Source of the DNA: an uncultured Nitrososphaerota archaeon
Lineage (GTDB): Archaea > Thermoproteota > Nitrososphaeria > Nitrososphaerales > CADDZS01
DNA length: 64,000 bases
Reading direction: 5' to 3'
Assembly (NCBI GenBank): GCA_963799845.1
Contig: CAWCYI010000004.1
Coordinates: 1,312,001-1,376,000, forward strand
Both the position numbers and the translations under genes were made by a program. Shown here piece by piece: positions 30,497 through 39,434 of the stretch (the stretch's first letter is position 1; the number at the start of each line of letters is the position of its first letter). The notes below the pieces were generated by a model, which searched no databases, was not told where the DNA came from, and was given only the letters and a program-made list of their open reading frames with translations.

Positions 30497-32374
30497 TTGA
30501 ACGCGCTCAATACTAAATCTATACTTATCTTAATGATCTTTGTTGGCTCCGCCTTCGCAGTAGCGTACCATCCCACAGTTGTACATGCAGTGACTCCGGG
30601 GACGACACTGAATCTTGGCCTAAATCGATTTGCTACAATTCCATCTCTAAATCCATACTCGCCAGTCTATGTCAATCCACTCGATTCCGAGATGTACCTG
30701 CGTTGCATCCAAGTTGATTACGCGCCAGCTTCACATTTTACAGACACTCTTTGTAACTCGTGGAGTTCGAACGTTAACTACACCAGTTGGACAATGAACC
30801 TGATTCCCGGCCTCAAGTGGAGTGATGGTTCACCCTTGAATGCGACCGATCTCGCCTGGTCATTGCTTTATGGCAATGCTACTGGATATTTCGCGCCGTA
30901 CCTGACATCGGTAAAGACCGACAATGCGACTGCTGTCACCGTGACAGTGCCAATCTCTCAGCCGAACTGGCTCAATAACATGGAAAATATTTTCATCGTT
31001 CCATACGAAAACTTTGGCAAGACTCCCCTTTCGAGCATTGCTAACTACACTGCTTTCTCGAATATAGTCGCTGCAGGTCCGTACATTCTCCCTTCATACA
31101 CAGCTGGTACTAATCCGCTGATAATGATTCCCAACCAGTATTACTATCAGGGCAATAATCAATACTACAGCCAAGTGGCGGTACACATTTTCTCATCCTT
31201 GTCATCAATGGAATCCGCAATTCTTGCAGGTCAGATAAACATCATGTGGTACTCGGGCACGACACAATCCACAAGTGCATTCAACTCGAGCAAGAGCGTT
31301 TCGATCTTCGAATTTACTGCTACTGACGAATATCAGATACTAAATCTCAACTATCTTCAGGCCCCGCTCAACAACGTCTCTTTTAGAGAAGGGTTGGCTT
31401 ACGCTACTGATAGAAACGCACTTTCATTGACGGTAAATGGTCCAGGATACTCGCTAGTAAACTATGGTGGAGGACCAACGGTCCAACCGGGCGAGAACAC
31501 CTATCAGTACAATACTACTACGGCGGAGTCAGAGTTTGCCAAGGCCGGCCTCACTGAATCTGGTGGAAAATTAATGTATGCTAATGGAACTCAGGTCTCG
31601 CTGACTATACAGATTCCAACCGGAGAACCTGACTCTCAGAACATCGCTACCGTGATTTCACAACAATGGGACAAGGTGGGCATAAATGCGATGACGGAAG
31701 TTACCGACGCTACCACCCTCTACTCAGACTTTGGCACCGGAGCTTGGCAGATTGCGAGCTTGACGGAAGATGGGACAACTGGCACCCCGATTCGATACAC
31801 CGACCAGTTGCAGAGCTCTGGCCTCACGATAATAACACTCGCAGCAACTCCAGGGGCTGCGGCAACTGCAGATCAGTACATAACGCCCCAAATTGGTCAA
31901 TTGATAATCAACCAATCGTTGGTACCCACCGGTTCTGCGCAGTATAACGCAATACAGGCTCAGATTACCCCCTTCATCGCCCAACTAGTTCCGTCTATCC
32001 CATTCTACACAGAGGCGGACATAGTAGTATACACCACTGGCATAACCTTCGGATCTAATTCAACAAATGCAAACGATGCCACGGGGATCTACGACTATCA
32101 GACTAACGTGCAGCAACCATACAATGCGGGGACATTCTACTATGCCGCCCCGCTGGCAATCACTTCTAGCTCGACAAGCAGTTCTACGGCACAGCCAACT
32201 TCTACCGTAATACCTTCTCCTACAACAACAGCTAGTAGCACCAGCAGCAGTTCGTCCACCGCCATAACTAACTCCATTTACTTGGAGCTTGCCGTTGCCG
32301 CGACTGTAATAGCTGTGACAGGAATCCTAGCCTTCTCAAGAAGGTCCAGAGGCAGCTCCCCATCTCGAAGCTGA
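30497..32374 (+). CDS. Family 5 extracellular solute-binding protein (probably sugar-binding) with Ser/Thr linker and C-terminal anchor
   Basis: KWSDGSPLNATD, AAGPY, FREGLAYATDR; likely TTG start 30497, about 26 nt after TATA-like TTTATAT at 30465. Confidence 0.85.
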   Translation: MNALNTKSILILMIFVGSAFAVAYHPTVVHAVTPGTTLNLGLNRFATIPSLNPYSPVYVNPLDSEMYLRCIQVDYAPASHFTDTLCNSWSSNVNYTSWTMNLIPGLKWSDGSPLNATDLAWSLLYGNATGYFAPYLTSVKTDNATAVTVTVPISQPNWLNNMENIFIVPYENFGKTPLSSIANYTAFSNIVAAGPYILPSYTAGTNPLIMIPNQYYYQGNNQYYSQVAVHIFSSLSSMESAILAGQINIMWYSGTTQSTSAFNSSKSVSIFEFTATDEYQILNLNYLQAPLNNVSFREGLAYATDRNALSLTVNGPGYSLVNYGGGPTVQPGENTYQYNTTTAESEFAKAGLTESGGKLMYANGTQVSLTIQIPTGEPDSQNIATVISQQWDKVGINAMTEVTDATTLYSDFGTGAWQIASLTEDGTTGTPIRYTDQLQSSGLTIITLAATPGAAATADQYITPQIGQLIINQSLVPTGSAQYNAIQAQITPFIAQLVPSIPFYTEADIVVYTTGITFGSNSTNANDATGIYDYQTNVQQPYNAGTFYYAAPLAITSSSTSSSTAQPTSTVIPSPTTTASSTSSSSSTAITNSIYLELAVAATVIAVTGILAFSRRSRGSSPSRS

Positions 32375-32407
32375 AGCGAGAATAACAGTTAGCGTCAACT
32401 TACTATC

Positions 32408-32450
32408 GGGGGTTTTTGAAATAACCCCCTGACGCTTCTTTATTTCTACT
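32408..32450. terminator. Hairpin plus T-rich tract between convergent genes
   Basis: GGGGGTT-8 nt-AACCCCC followed by CTTCTTTATTTCTACTT. Confidence 0.5.
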
Positions 32451-32507
32451 TCTAAAGATGTCAATTCAAAGGGGAGCTAGAAAGAGAGTTCGTCCGAATT
32501 CACCAAA

Positions 32508-34553
32508 TCACAGTGTGAATGTCCAGAGGGCAGGACTACCTAAGTAGTGGTCTAGGAAGTAGACCTCGTTTGGATCTGGCTTCCCTGTTCTTCCATCAAC
32601 TCTCGAAGGTTGGTCCCACGGAAGCCCCTGCGCGATCAGGTTGTTCCATTCCTTCCTAGAAACATCCAGCCAGCGATTATCCCCTAGGCGGTACCTGAGG
32701 CCAGAGAGAGCGAAGACCAATCTCGGCCAGGATGAGTAAGCCTGTATGCTAATCTCGGAGATCCTCATGCTCTCGTGAACGAGATTTGGAGTGCAAAATC
32801 GCGACGCCTGAGCATTGATGTTAAGGAGATGTTCGTACGCCGAGTCAGACTTTTCCTTGTCGGTGATCGATTCCAAACCTAGTATGTTCGTCCACCAGTC
32901 CCCGAAGAGTTGACCCATGAAGAGCAACCCCTTGTGGTCAGGCTCTCCGATCCAGGCTTCGAAGTATTTTCCATTGTAAAGCTCTGAAAAGGACCGCTTG
33001 GCCTTTGTGAGGAGCTGGTCAAGTTTCTCATTATCATCGCGCTGGAAGAGGAGCTCGCTCGATTTTTTCATTGCGAGAAGAGCTGCGATGAATACAGAAG
33101 AGACAAAGCTGTCCCGGCCGCTGTGCGGAAACGCATCAAATGAAGAGTCAGCTTGCCCCTCAAGGTCAGGCAGACCATCGGCGTCCCGATCCTGCCTCAG
33201 CTCCCATTCTATCGCCTTCATCATCTTCGGGTACATCTCTTTGAGGAACTCTAGATCATTCATCCAGCTCGCGTATCTGTAAGCGATGAGGACGAATGTT
33301 GACGGAAGATCCTTTCGACCAGGCGGGTAGGTGCTGCAACCAGTAGGGTGATCGAATGATAGTATTCCGAAGTCATGTAACACGTACCCGTCCTCTCTAA
33401 CATTCGCAGCAATTTGTTGGACGAACTTTTTCTCTAGCTCCGGGAACATTTTCAAAATAGGCAGGGAACCAGCCTCGTGTAGCAGCCCGGTTATCGATCC
33501 GACCTGCCGATCGTTTTTTGTAGCCTCGATCATGGAGAAGCGCCCCTTCTCGTCAAACCACGAACTCGCTGAAAGGATGTTGGTGCTGTTGATAATCGCG
33601 TCCCTCAGCCATTCGGGAAGATCCCTGCGGATCATCGTCCCATGCCAGACGCGGGACTGCATCCTCAGCCGGTCAAACTCGCGCAACATGTACCTTCCGA
33701 CCTCTTCAGCACTTCCGAACTTTGTGTGATAGTAGTGACCGTAGGGATAGAAAACCCACCTACCGGTGAAGTACCAGGAGAAAACATATTTGATCTCCTT
33801 CCCCGGGCTGTATTTGCTCACAACCACCCCAGCCGGATCGTCCCACTGCCCTAAGACCTCGTGTGGGTCGTCATTGAAAGATCCACCGTTGATTATCGAG
33901 AGCCAAGGTTGGTCAGATTCGTAAGTGTATTTCCAATGTTTCTCCGCTGTTGCGACTCCTGGACGAACATTGAGGTTGTACTGGGTGCATGTATTTAACA
34001 TGTCCCCGGCGAGCAGGCAGACCTCTCCTTTGGCGCCGTCATAGTCGTTTGAACGAGGATTTAGGAACTTCACCCCACCATTGATTGACTCATTCTTTCT
34101 TCCGATTTCGTTTGTCCCCGTAATGTTCGACGCTGATATCGCGACGATGCCGTCGCTACCTCCATCGACCGAGACGGACATGCCAAATGCGGGCAGGATA
34201 GAGTCGTTGAGGTTGTGGGGAATGATCGAAGAAAAGACCTCCATTGTCGCCTTGAGACTATCCTTTTTCGCTTCAATCTTGGCAAACGGATATTCGCCTG
34301 TGTACGTCATAGAATCGGGTTCATACTGGTAGAATTTCTTGATCGGCAGACCGTACTCCAGAAAGAAAGGATTCGAATCCTCCGGTTTTATCATAACGTG
34401 AAATGCTCTCATCCAAGGGATGGGCATTGACCAGTTATTCGCGATGGTGAGATTGACCAACTTGCCTTTGTTATTCAGCTCTACCTTTCCTGCGCCTATG
34501 CCTCCGAGCGGCACACCAGAAGTTAGATTATCGCCAGGACCGAGAGTGACCAT
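32508..34553 (-). CDS. GH116 family glycoside hydrolase, paralog 1
   Basis: GVPLGGIGAGK, GEYPFA, WLRDAIIN, FPELEK, HDFG, DRDADGLP..SFD. Confidence 0.88.
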   Translation of the reverse strand: MVTLGPGDNLTSGVPLGGIGAGKVELNNKGKLVNLTIANNWSMPIPWMRAFHVMIKPEDSNPFFLEYGLPIKKFYQYEPDSMTYTGEYPFAKIEAKKDSLKATMEVFSSIIPHNLNDSILPAFGMSVSVDGGSDGIVAISASNITGTNEIGRKNESINGGVKFLNPRSNDYDGAKGEVCLLAGDMLNTCTQYNLNVRPGVATAEKHWKYTYESDQPWLSIINGGSFNDDPHEVLGQWDDPAGVVVSKYSPGKEIKYVFSWYFTGRWVFYPYGHYYHTKFGSAEEVGRYMLREFDRLRMQSRVWHGTMIRRDLPEWLRDAIINSTNILSASSWFDEKGRFSMIEATKNDRQVGSITGLLHEAGSLPILKMFPELEKKFVQQIAANVREDGYVLHDFGILSFDHPTGCSTYPPGRKDLPSTFVLIAYRYASWMNDLEFLKEMYPKMMKAIEWELRQDRDADGLPDLEGQADSSFDAFPHSGRDSFVSSVFIAALLAMKKSSELLFQRDDNEKLDQLLTKAKRSFSELYNGKYFEAWIGEPDHKGLLFMGQLFGDWWTNILGLESITDKEKSDSAYEHLLNINAQASRFCTPNLVHESMRISEISIQAYSSWPRLVFALSGLRYRLGDNRWLDVSRKEWNNLIAQGLPWDQPSRVDGRTGKPDPNEVYFLDHYLGSPALWTFTL

Positions 34554-34684
34554 AAGTCTCCGACCGAATTCATTCTCACTCTTAAGAATTTTCTAAAAGC
34601 ACAAGAATCGAGGCTCTTCTTTTTACAACTAAAAACAGGATATATAGCGGTCGAACCACTCGAATTTCTCGAGTGAGACTATAG

Positions 34685-35581
34685 TTGTTGGAACTAAAGG
34701 GTGTCATGCCGGCTCTCGTTACCCCATTCACAAAATCTGATGAAGTTGACACGAATGGTTCACGATGGCTCTGCCGGAACGCGATTGACGGCGGGGTTCA
34801 CGCAGTCGTTTGTGCCGGCAGTTTGGGCGAATTTCCCTGTTTAACGGATGAGGAGCGCCGCGCTGTCATAAAGGCCGTAGTTGACGAAGCGAACGGTAAA
34901 GTCCCAGTTATCGCCGGGGTAGGAAGCGGCTCTACCAAAATTTCGGTGATGATTGCAAAAGAAGCCGCTGACATTGGAGTTGATGCAATCGAAGCTCTGC
35001 CCCCATATTACTTCAACATAGGCGACGACGCGGTGTATGCCCACTACGAAAAACTCGCTTCCTCCGTGAAAGTTCCGGTAATAATATACAACTTCCCAGG
35101 TACGACCAAGGTCAACATGTCTCCCGCCTTGATTGCAAGACTCGCTGACGTTCCAAATATTGTTGGAATCAAGAACAGCGTTGACAGCTTTCTGCACTTG
35201 AGGCAGATCATAAGAAGCACACGAAACTCGAAAAAACCATTCACCGTACTCGCTGGAATCGAGGATTACCTCATCCCCGGAATGTTGCTTGGAATAAAGG
35301 GGACGGTCTCCGGGTTCAGCAATTTCATTCCGAAGACGCTCGTGCAGATTTACGACTATTGCGCAAGCGGAAAGGTGAAAGAAGCTTCGGACATCTACAA
35401 CAGGATAATAACTCCGCTGAAAGAGATGGCTCCGCCTCCAGAACCAATTGGTGCCCTAAAGATCGGTGCGAGCCTTTTCGGCCCGATAAATACAATGGTC
35501 AGGTTACCCCTGCTCAATCCACCAGCGGACACCGCAGAAAAAATGCGTGCTTTCCTCAAGAGCGAGGGAATGCTTCATTGA
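34685..35581 (+). CDS. DHDPS/NAL-family class I aldolase or dehydratase
   Basis: PALVTPF, GSLGEF, PPYY, YNFP, GIKNS. Confidence 0.88.
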   Translation: MLELKGVMPALVTPFTKSDEVDTNGSRWLCRNAIDGGVHAVVCAGSLGEFPCLTDEERRAVIKAVVDEANGKVPVIAGVGSGSTKISVMIAKEAADIGVDAIEALPPYYFNIGDDAVYAHYEKLASSVKVPVIIYNFPGTTKVNMSPALIARLADVPNIVGIKNSVDSFLHLRQIIRSTRNSKKPFTVLAGIEDYLIPGMLLGIKGTVSGFSNFIPKTLVQIYDYCASGKVKEASDIYNRIITPLKEMAPPPEPIGALKIGASLFGPINTMVRLPLLNPPADTAEKMRAFLKSEGMLH

Positions 35582-35666
35582 ATTCATTATCCGAACTTTC
35601 ATAGGAAAAGAACACCATATTGAAAATTACCAAAGGCTAACTGATGAGGATTAGAAAAACTGCTTT

Positions 35667-35927
35667 CTACTCTTCGTCCAAAGCAAAAACCTCTATGGCT
35701 CGCTGCCTCAGATGAAACAAAGCCTCACGCCGAGTCCTGCTAGTTTCGCGACTTAGATCTGCGTTAATTAATCGGGCGAACTCGGCTGGGTTCTCGCTCT
35801 TCAGAACAAATTCTCTCGCCAAAGTTTTCAGATATTTGTAGGCTACTCCTTCATTTTCCAAATTCGGCACGAGAAGGGAAACTGCCAGATCGGGATTGTT
35901 GAAGAGGTTATTTTTAGAGTTGGCCAT
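35667..35927 (-). CDS. Hypothetical protein (86 aa)
   Basis: ATG-started ORF with ordinary composition; no motif. Confidence 0.45.
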   Translation of the reverse strand: MANSKNNLFNNPDLAVSLLVPNLENEGVAYKYLKTLAREFVLKSENPAEFARLINADLSRETSRTRREALFHLRQRAIEVFALDEE

Positions 35928-36051
35928 TAATCAACAAAAAGGGCAAAAATGACGCTTTTGTTTCTTTCGCCCTTGCTGCACATCAATGCTTCTAGAGAAA
36001 ATCAGTCAGAACGAGTGAATTACACGAAAGCTGTTCGAACACTGCTAAGAC

Positions 36052-36107
36052 TAATTTGTAAATTTATGCGGATCCCACATCTCACACTCGGGATTTAATA
36101 GTAAATT
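36052..36107 (+). repeat. Palindromic intergenic repeat family, copy A
   Basis: TAATTTGTAAATTTATGCGGATCCCACATCTCACACTCGGGATTTAATAGTAAATT; shares ATCCCACATCTC..ACTCGGGATT with copy F. Confidence 0.75.
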
Positions 36108-36161
36108 AGAGATGTTGGGATTTACCGTGTTATCAAGTACTTGGACTGATTTCGAATCATC

Positions 36162-36593
36162 TCAGTGGAGCGCGACGGGCTGTGCAGGCGAGGTGTCAGG
36201 CTCCACAACCACCGCGGTCCCGTACGCGAGAACCTCAGTCATCGATCCGCCCATTTCCGACGTGTCAAAGCCGACGGAGACGACCGCGTTTGCTCCTAGG
36301 CTCCTTGCGTGGTCGGCTAGCCGCTGTAGGGCTTGGTGGCGCACTTGTTCTAAGAGATTCGTGTACACCTTGATTTCCCCGCCACCCCAAGCCCTGAAGA
36401 AGGCAAAGATATTCTGCCCCAGCCCCCGCGACCGTACGATTAACCCAAACGTCGCACCAATCACCCGAGTCACGTGATACCCTGACACGAACGGCGTCGT
36501 AACGATGATCAGGTCAGTTGGCGGCTTGAATGGATCTTCGATAGCATCAGGAACCTTCATTCTATGATTACTCACTCTTCCGAGGGACTCCAA
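36162..36593 (-). CDS. YbjQ/UPF0145 family protein
   Basis: GLIVRSR, GGEIKVYT, LGANAVV, EVLAYGTAV. Confidence 0.9.
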   Translation of the reverse strand: MESLGRVSNHRMKVPDAIEDPFKPPTDLIIVTTPFVSGYHVTRVIGATFGLIVRSRGLGQNIFAFFRAWGGGEIKVYTNLLEQVRHQALQRLADHARSLGANAVVSVGFDTSEMGGSMTEVLAYGTAVVVEPDTSPAQPVALH

Positions 36594-36640
36594 GTTATAT
36601 ACATCTTCGAGGATTGCAAGATTTTCAATGCTGCATAATC

Positions 36641-36697
36641 TTGATAGTAAATTGGAGTTATGATCATCACCATCTCAGAACGTTCAGAATAATAGTA
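36641..36697 (+). repeat. Palindromic intergenic repeat family, degenerate copy B
   Basis: TTGATAGTAAATTGGAGTT..ATC..CACCATCTC...AATAGTA. Confidence 0.5.
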
Positions 36698-36727
36698 TGA
36701 TACTTTAGAGAAAATAATCGATTCTTA

Positions 36728-37132
36728 TTGTCTGTAAGTACAGGATTAAAAATCGGCTCGGTTGTCGTAGATTGCATTAATTTCGAAAGAATGCTAGAAT
36801 TCTGGCAGGAGGCTCTCCACTACGTCCCGAGACAGCCAGCGCAGGGCGACTGGGTAGTACTCGTTGATCCCGATGGAAGAAATACGAGCGTGTCCTTGAA
36901 TAGGGTCCTGCCTTCAGAAAAACTGACGGGGAGAAACTGGTTGCACTTCGATCTTTACACCAAAGACCGAGCGAGAGAAGTAAAGCGACTTCTCAAGCTT
37001 GGTGCTAGCCGTCATCCACAAGAGTACGATCCTGAAGATGATTTTATTGTTCTTGAGGATCCTGACGGCAATTTATTTTGCGTTGTACAGTTAGGGCGAA
37101 ATTTCAGAAATACTGATCCTATTGATAAATAG
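36728..37132 (+). CDS. VOC/glyoxalase family protein
   Basis: SVVVDC, FWQEAL, NWLHFDL, DPDGNLFCV. Confidence 0.88.
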   Translation: MSVSTGLKIGSVVVDCINFERMLEFWQEALHYVPRQPAQGDWVVLVDPDGRNTSVSLNRVLPSEKLTGRNWLHFDLYTKDRAREVKRLLKLGASRHPQEYDPEDDFIVLEDPDGNLFCVVQLGRNFRNTDPIDK

Positions 37133-37401
37133 AAGACGCCCTCACATTCTACACACAAGGATATGTCTGAATCCACTCCGTCTAGTATACGTAGACTCTT
37201 TTAGTCATAGCTTTTCACTTCCGGCCATATAGTGCCCGTGAGAGATCTTATGTTGAATATGCGTGGGGTGATTTTGATTCGGTTTTTCTAAGTTTTTTTC
37301 TGTTTCTGAAACTTTCAATGTCGGATATAGGCCCTTCGATTACTGATTTGGTGGATTAATAAACCGGGGTAGTTGTTTAATGGTCCAGTCGGGAAAAATC
37401 A

Positions 37402-38016
37402 ATGGAGCACCAAAATCAACCAGAATCAGATCCATTCCTGCCTCCGATAGAAAACCCGCCGGGGGTACGGATGAAGATCGCATACTATTTTACGCGACGC
37501 CAATTTGGCAAGGTTATCACTGGAGTCAAGGTTCACTCTGCGAGACTCCCACCCGCATTCGGCCAGTTCTATGCAAAGGTTCCCTCGCTGGACAAGAAAC
37601 TCCAGCTACCTAGGGAGACCGTCATGCTAATCCGCGATCAGGTCTCACGCCTAAACGTCTGCCTCTTTTGCATGGACAGCAACAGGTGGGCAGAGATCAA
37701 AGAGTCGATGAATGAAGCAAAATTCAATTCAATAGAAGAATACAGGACGAGCCCTCTTTTCACTGAAGCGGACCGCGCAGCTCTCGACTATGTCAGCGAA
37801 CTAACGAAGGAAAAGAAGGTAGATCCTAAAACCTTTGCACGGTTGTCCAAGTATTACTCCGACCGAGAGATCTGTGAGATTGTCTGGTTAGTTTCAAGCG
37901 AGCATCTCTACAATATGACCAACATTGGCCTGAACATTCACTCGGACATACTTTGCGACCTCGTCAGGAAAAGGAAGAGTGAGATTGCTTCAACGCAAAG
38001 GAGAAAAAAGAGTTGA
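37402..38016 (+). CDS. Carboxymuconolactone decarboxylase/AhpD-like protein
   Basis: VSRLNVCLFCMD, SPLFTEADRAALDY. Confidence 0.85.
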   Translation: MEHQNQPESDPFLPPIENPPGVRMKIAYYFTRRQFGKVITGVKVHSARLPPAFGQFYAKVPSLDKKLQLPRETVMLIRDQVSRLNVCLFCMDSNRWAEIKESMNEAKFNSIEEYRTSPLFTEADRAALDYVSELTKEKKVDPKTFARLSKYYSDREICEIVWLVSSEHLYNMTNIGLNIHSDILCDLVRKRKSEIASTQRRKKS

Positions 38017-38223
38017 GACTTGGAAGTAGCCACTCGGAAACAGAACGTATGAATATTTGAAAGATATCTGATAATATAGCGATAACCAGAGCAACTCAGG
38101 TGGAATTTTTCTCATTTTCTTCGTGCATTCTCTGGCCGCGCCCAGCAAAAGGACTCTAGGTCTGGGTGTTACTAGTGATTCCTATGACTATCCTTGAAAA
38201 GACAGAATGTAAAATCGAAGGAT

Positions 38224-39264
38224 ATGTATCAACAAAATGAGGTAATCTACATAGGAGCTGACGTTCACTAAAGAGAAACTCAGCTAGCAATCTTTGAACC
38301 AAGAGGCACTCTTCTGCAGGAGGAGAGAATTCTCACAAAGGATCTTCAAAGCTTCATTCAGTCTCTGCCGGCGAAGGAGAAACATCTAGCTCTAGAATCT
38401 GTTGGATTCATCTACCCGTTGTACGATAAGCTCAGACAGATTCCAAGGTGCGAGGTTGCAGTAGCAAATCCGAAGAGGCTGAGACGAGATTCCGGTTCGA
38501 AGCAAAAACATGACAGAATAGATGCAAAACTACTTGGGGATCAAATCAGGACCAACTACCTCAAGAGATCCTACATGCCTGAAGAAGAAACTAGGGAGAA
38601 GAGGTTTCTCATCAACGACAGGGTGAAGTACGGCCTCAGGAGGGCGGAGCTGAGAGGCTCGATACGATGGCTTCTGAAGAGGAGGGGAATCGTCGTTGAT
38701 AGTCCGTTTAGTGCAGAGGGAAGAAGGAAGCTCAAAGAAGAGATTTCCCTCCAGGAGATAGATATCAGATTGCAGGAACTCGAACTCGTGGAATCAATCA
38801 CTGAGAAGCTCGACCCGCAGATTTCTCTGATCGTCGCGCATGATGAAAAGGCAAAACTCATGGACACGTTGCCTGGCGTTGCACCCTACACGGCTCTTTT
38901 TCTTTCATCGGCTCTTGACAACATCGATAGATTCCCCGACTCGAAACATGCGTGCGCCTACTTGGGTCTCGTTCCTTCCCTGCACCAGTCAGGTGATGCA
39001 TCTTTCACAGGTCACATAACGAAGGATGGAAACAAGTTTCTCCGGAGGAATCTGATCGAGTGTGCGAGAGTAGCTGTCAGAAAGGATCCTCGCCTCAAAG
39101 AGTTCTATACCAAGTTAAGGCGTACGAGGGGTGAAAGGAAAGCTTTGATCGCTGTGGCAAGGAAGATGGTTTCGTACGCCTATTGGATGCTGAAGAGGAA
39201 TCGAACCTACGAAGAGCTGAGCTCCTTGGACGAATTTATGGAGACAACAATCATCTCCGTCTAG
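38224..39264 (+). pseudogene. IS110-family DEDD recombinase with in-frame TAA at codon 16 (38269-38271)
   Basis: YIGADVH*RET, ALES, KHDRIDA, LPGVAP, AYLGLVPSLHQSG, ITKDGNKFLRR, ALIAVARK. Confidence 0.88.
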
Positions 39265-39270
39265 TGAATA

Positions 39271-39367
39271 GGGAACGCGTTTCGTAGAGGCGAATTGTAA
39301 GGAAAATGGGGACCTCCCCGAATAGTTGAATGCCAGCCTCTCCAGAAAAAACGCTCGTGCAATTCCC
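39271..39367 (+). ncRNA. Predicted bridge/seek RNA in the 3' non-coding end of the IS
   Basis: Nested stems GGGAA/TTCCC, GCGTTT/AAACGC, AGAGGC/GCCTCT, GGGG/CCCC enclosing a 16+16 nt internal loop. Confidence 0.65.
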
Positions 39368-39434
39368 AGCTAAACTTAGATAGTCATAGTTAAATTCATG
39401 TCAGAGTCCGGTATTGTGTACAAATTTGCTCAGT

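Larger units (their letters stand above)
38176..39390 (+). mobile_element. IS110-family (IS1111-type) insertion sequence with 11-bp subterminal inverted repeats
   Basis: CTATGACTATC (38182-38192) and GATAGTCATAG (39379-39389) flank the transposase; short 5' and longer 3' non-coding end; excision rejoins TTACTAG+TAAATT; ends uncertain by about 1 nt. Confidence 0.85.

Noticed and set aside
37121-37165. Possible further repeat copy after the VOC gene (CCTCACATTC...GGATAT)
   Set aside because: Too degenerate and lacks the palindromic arms.
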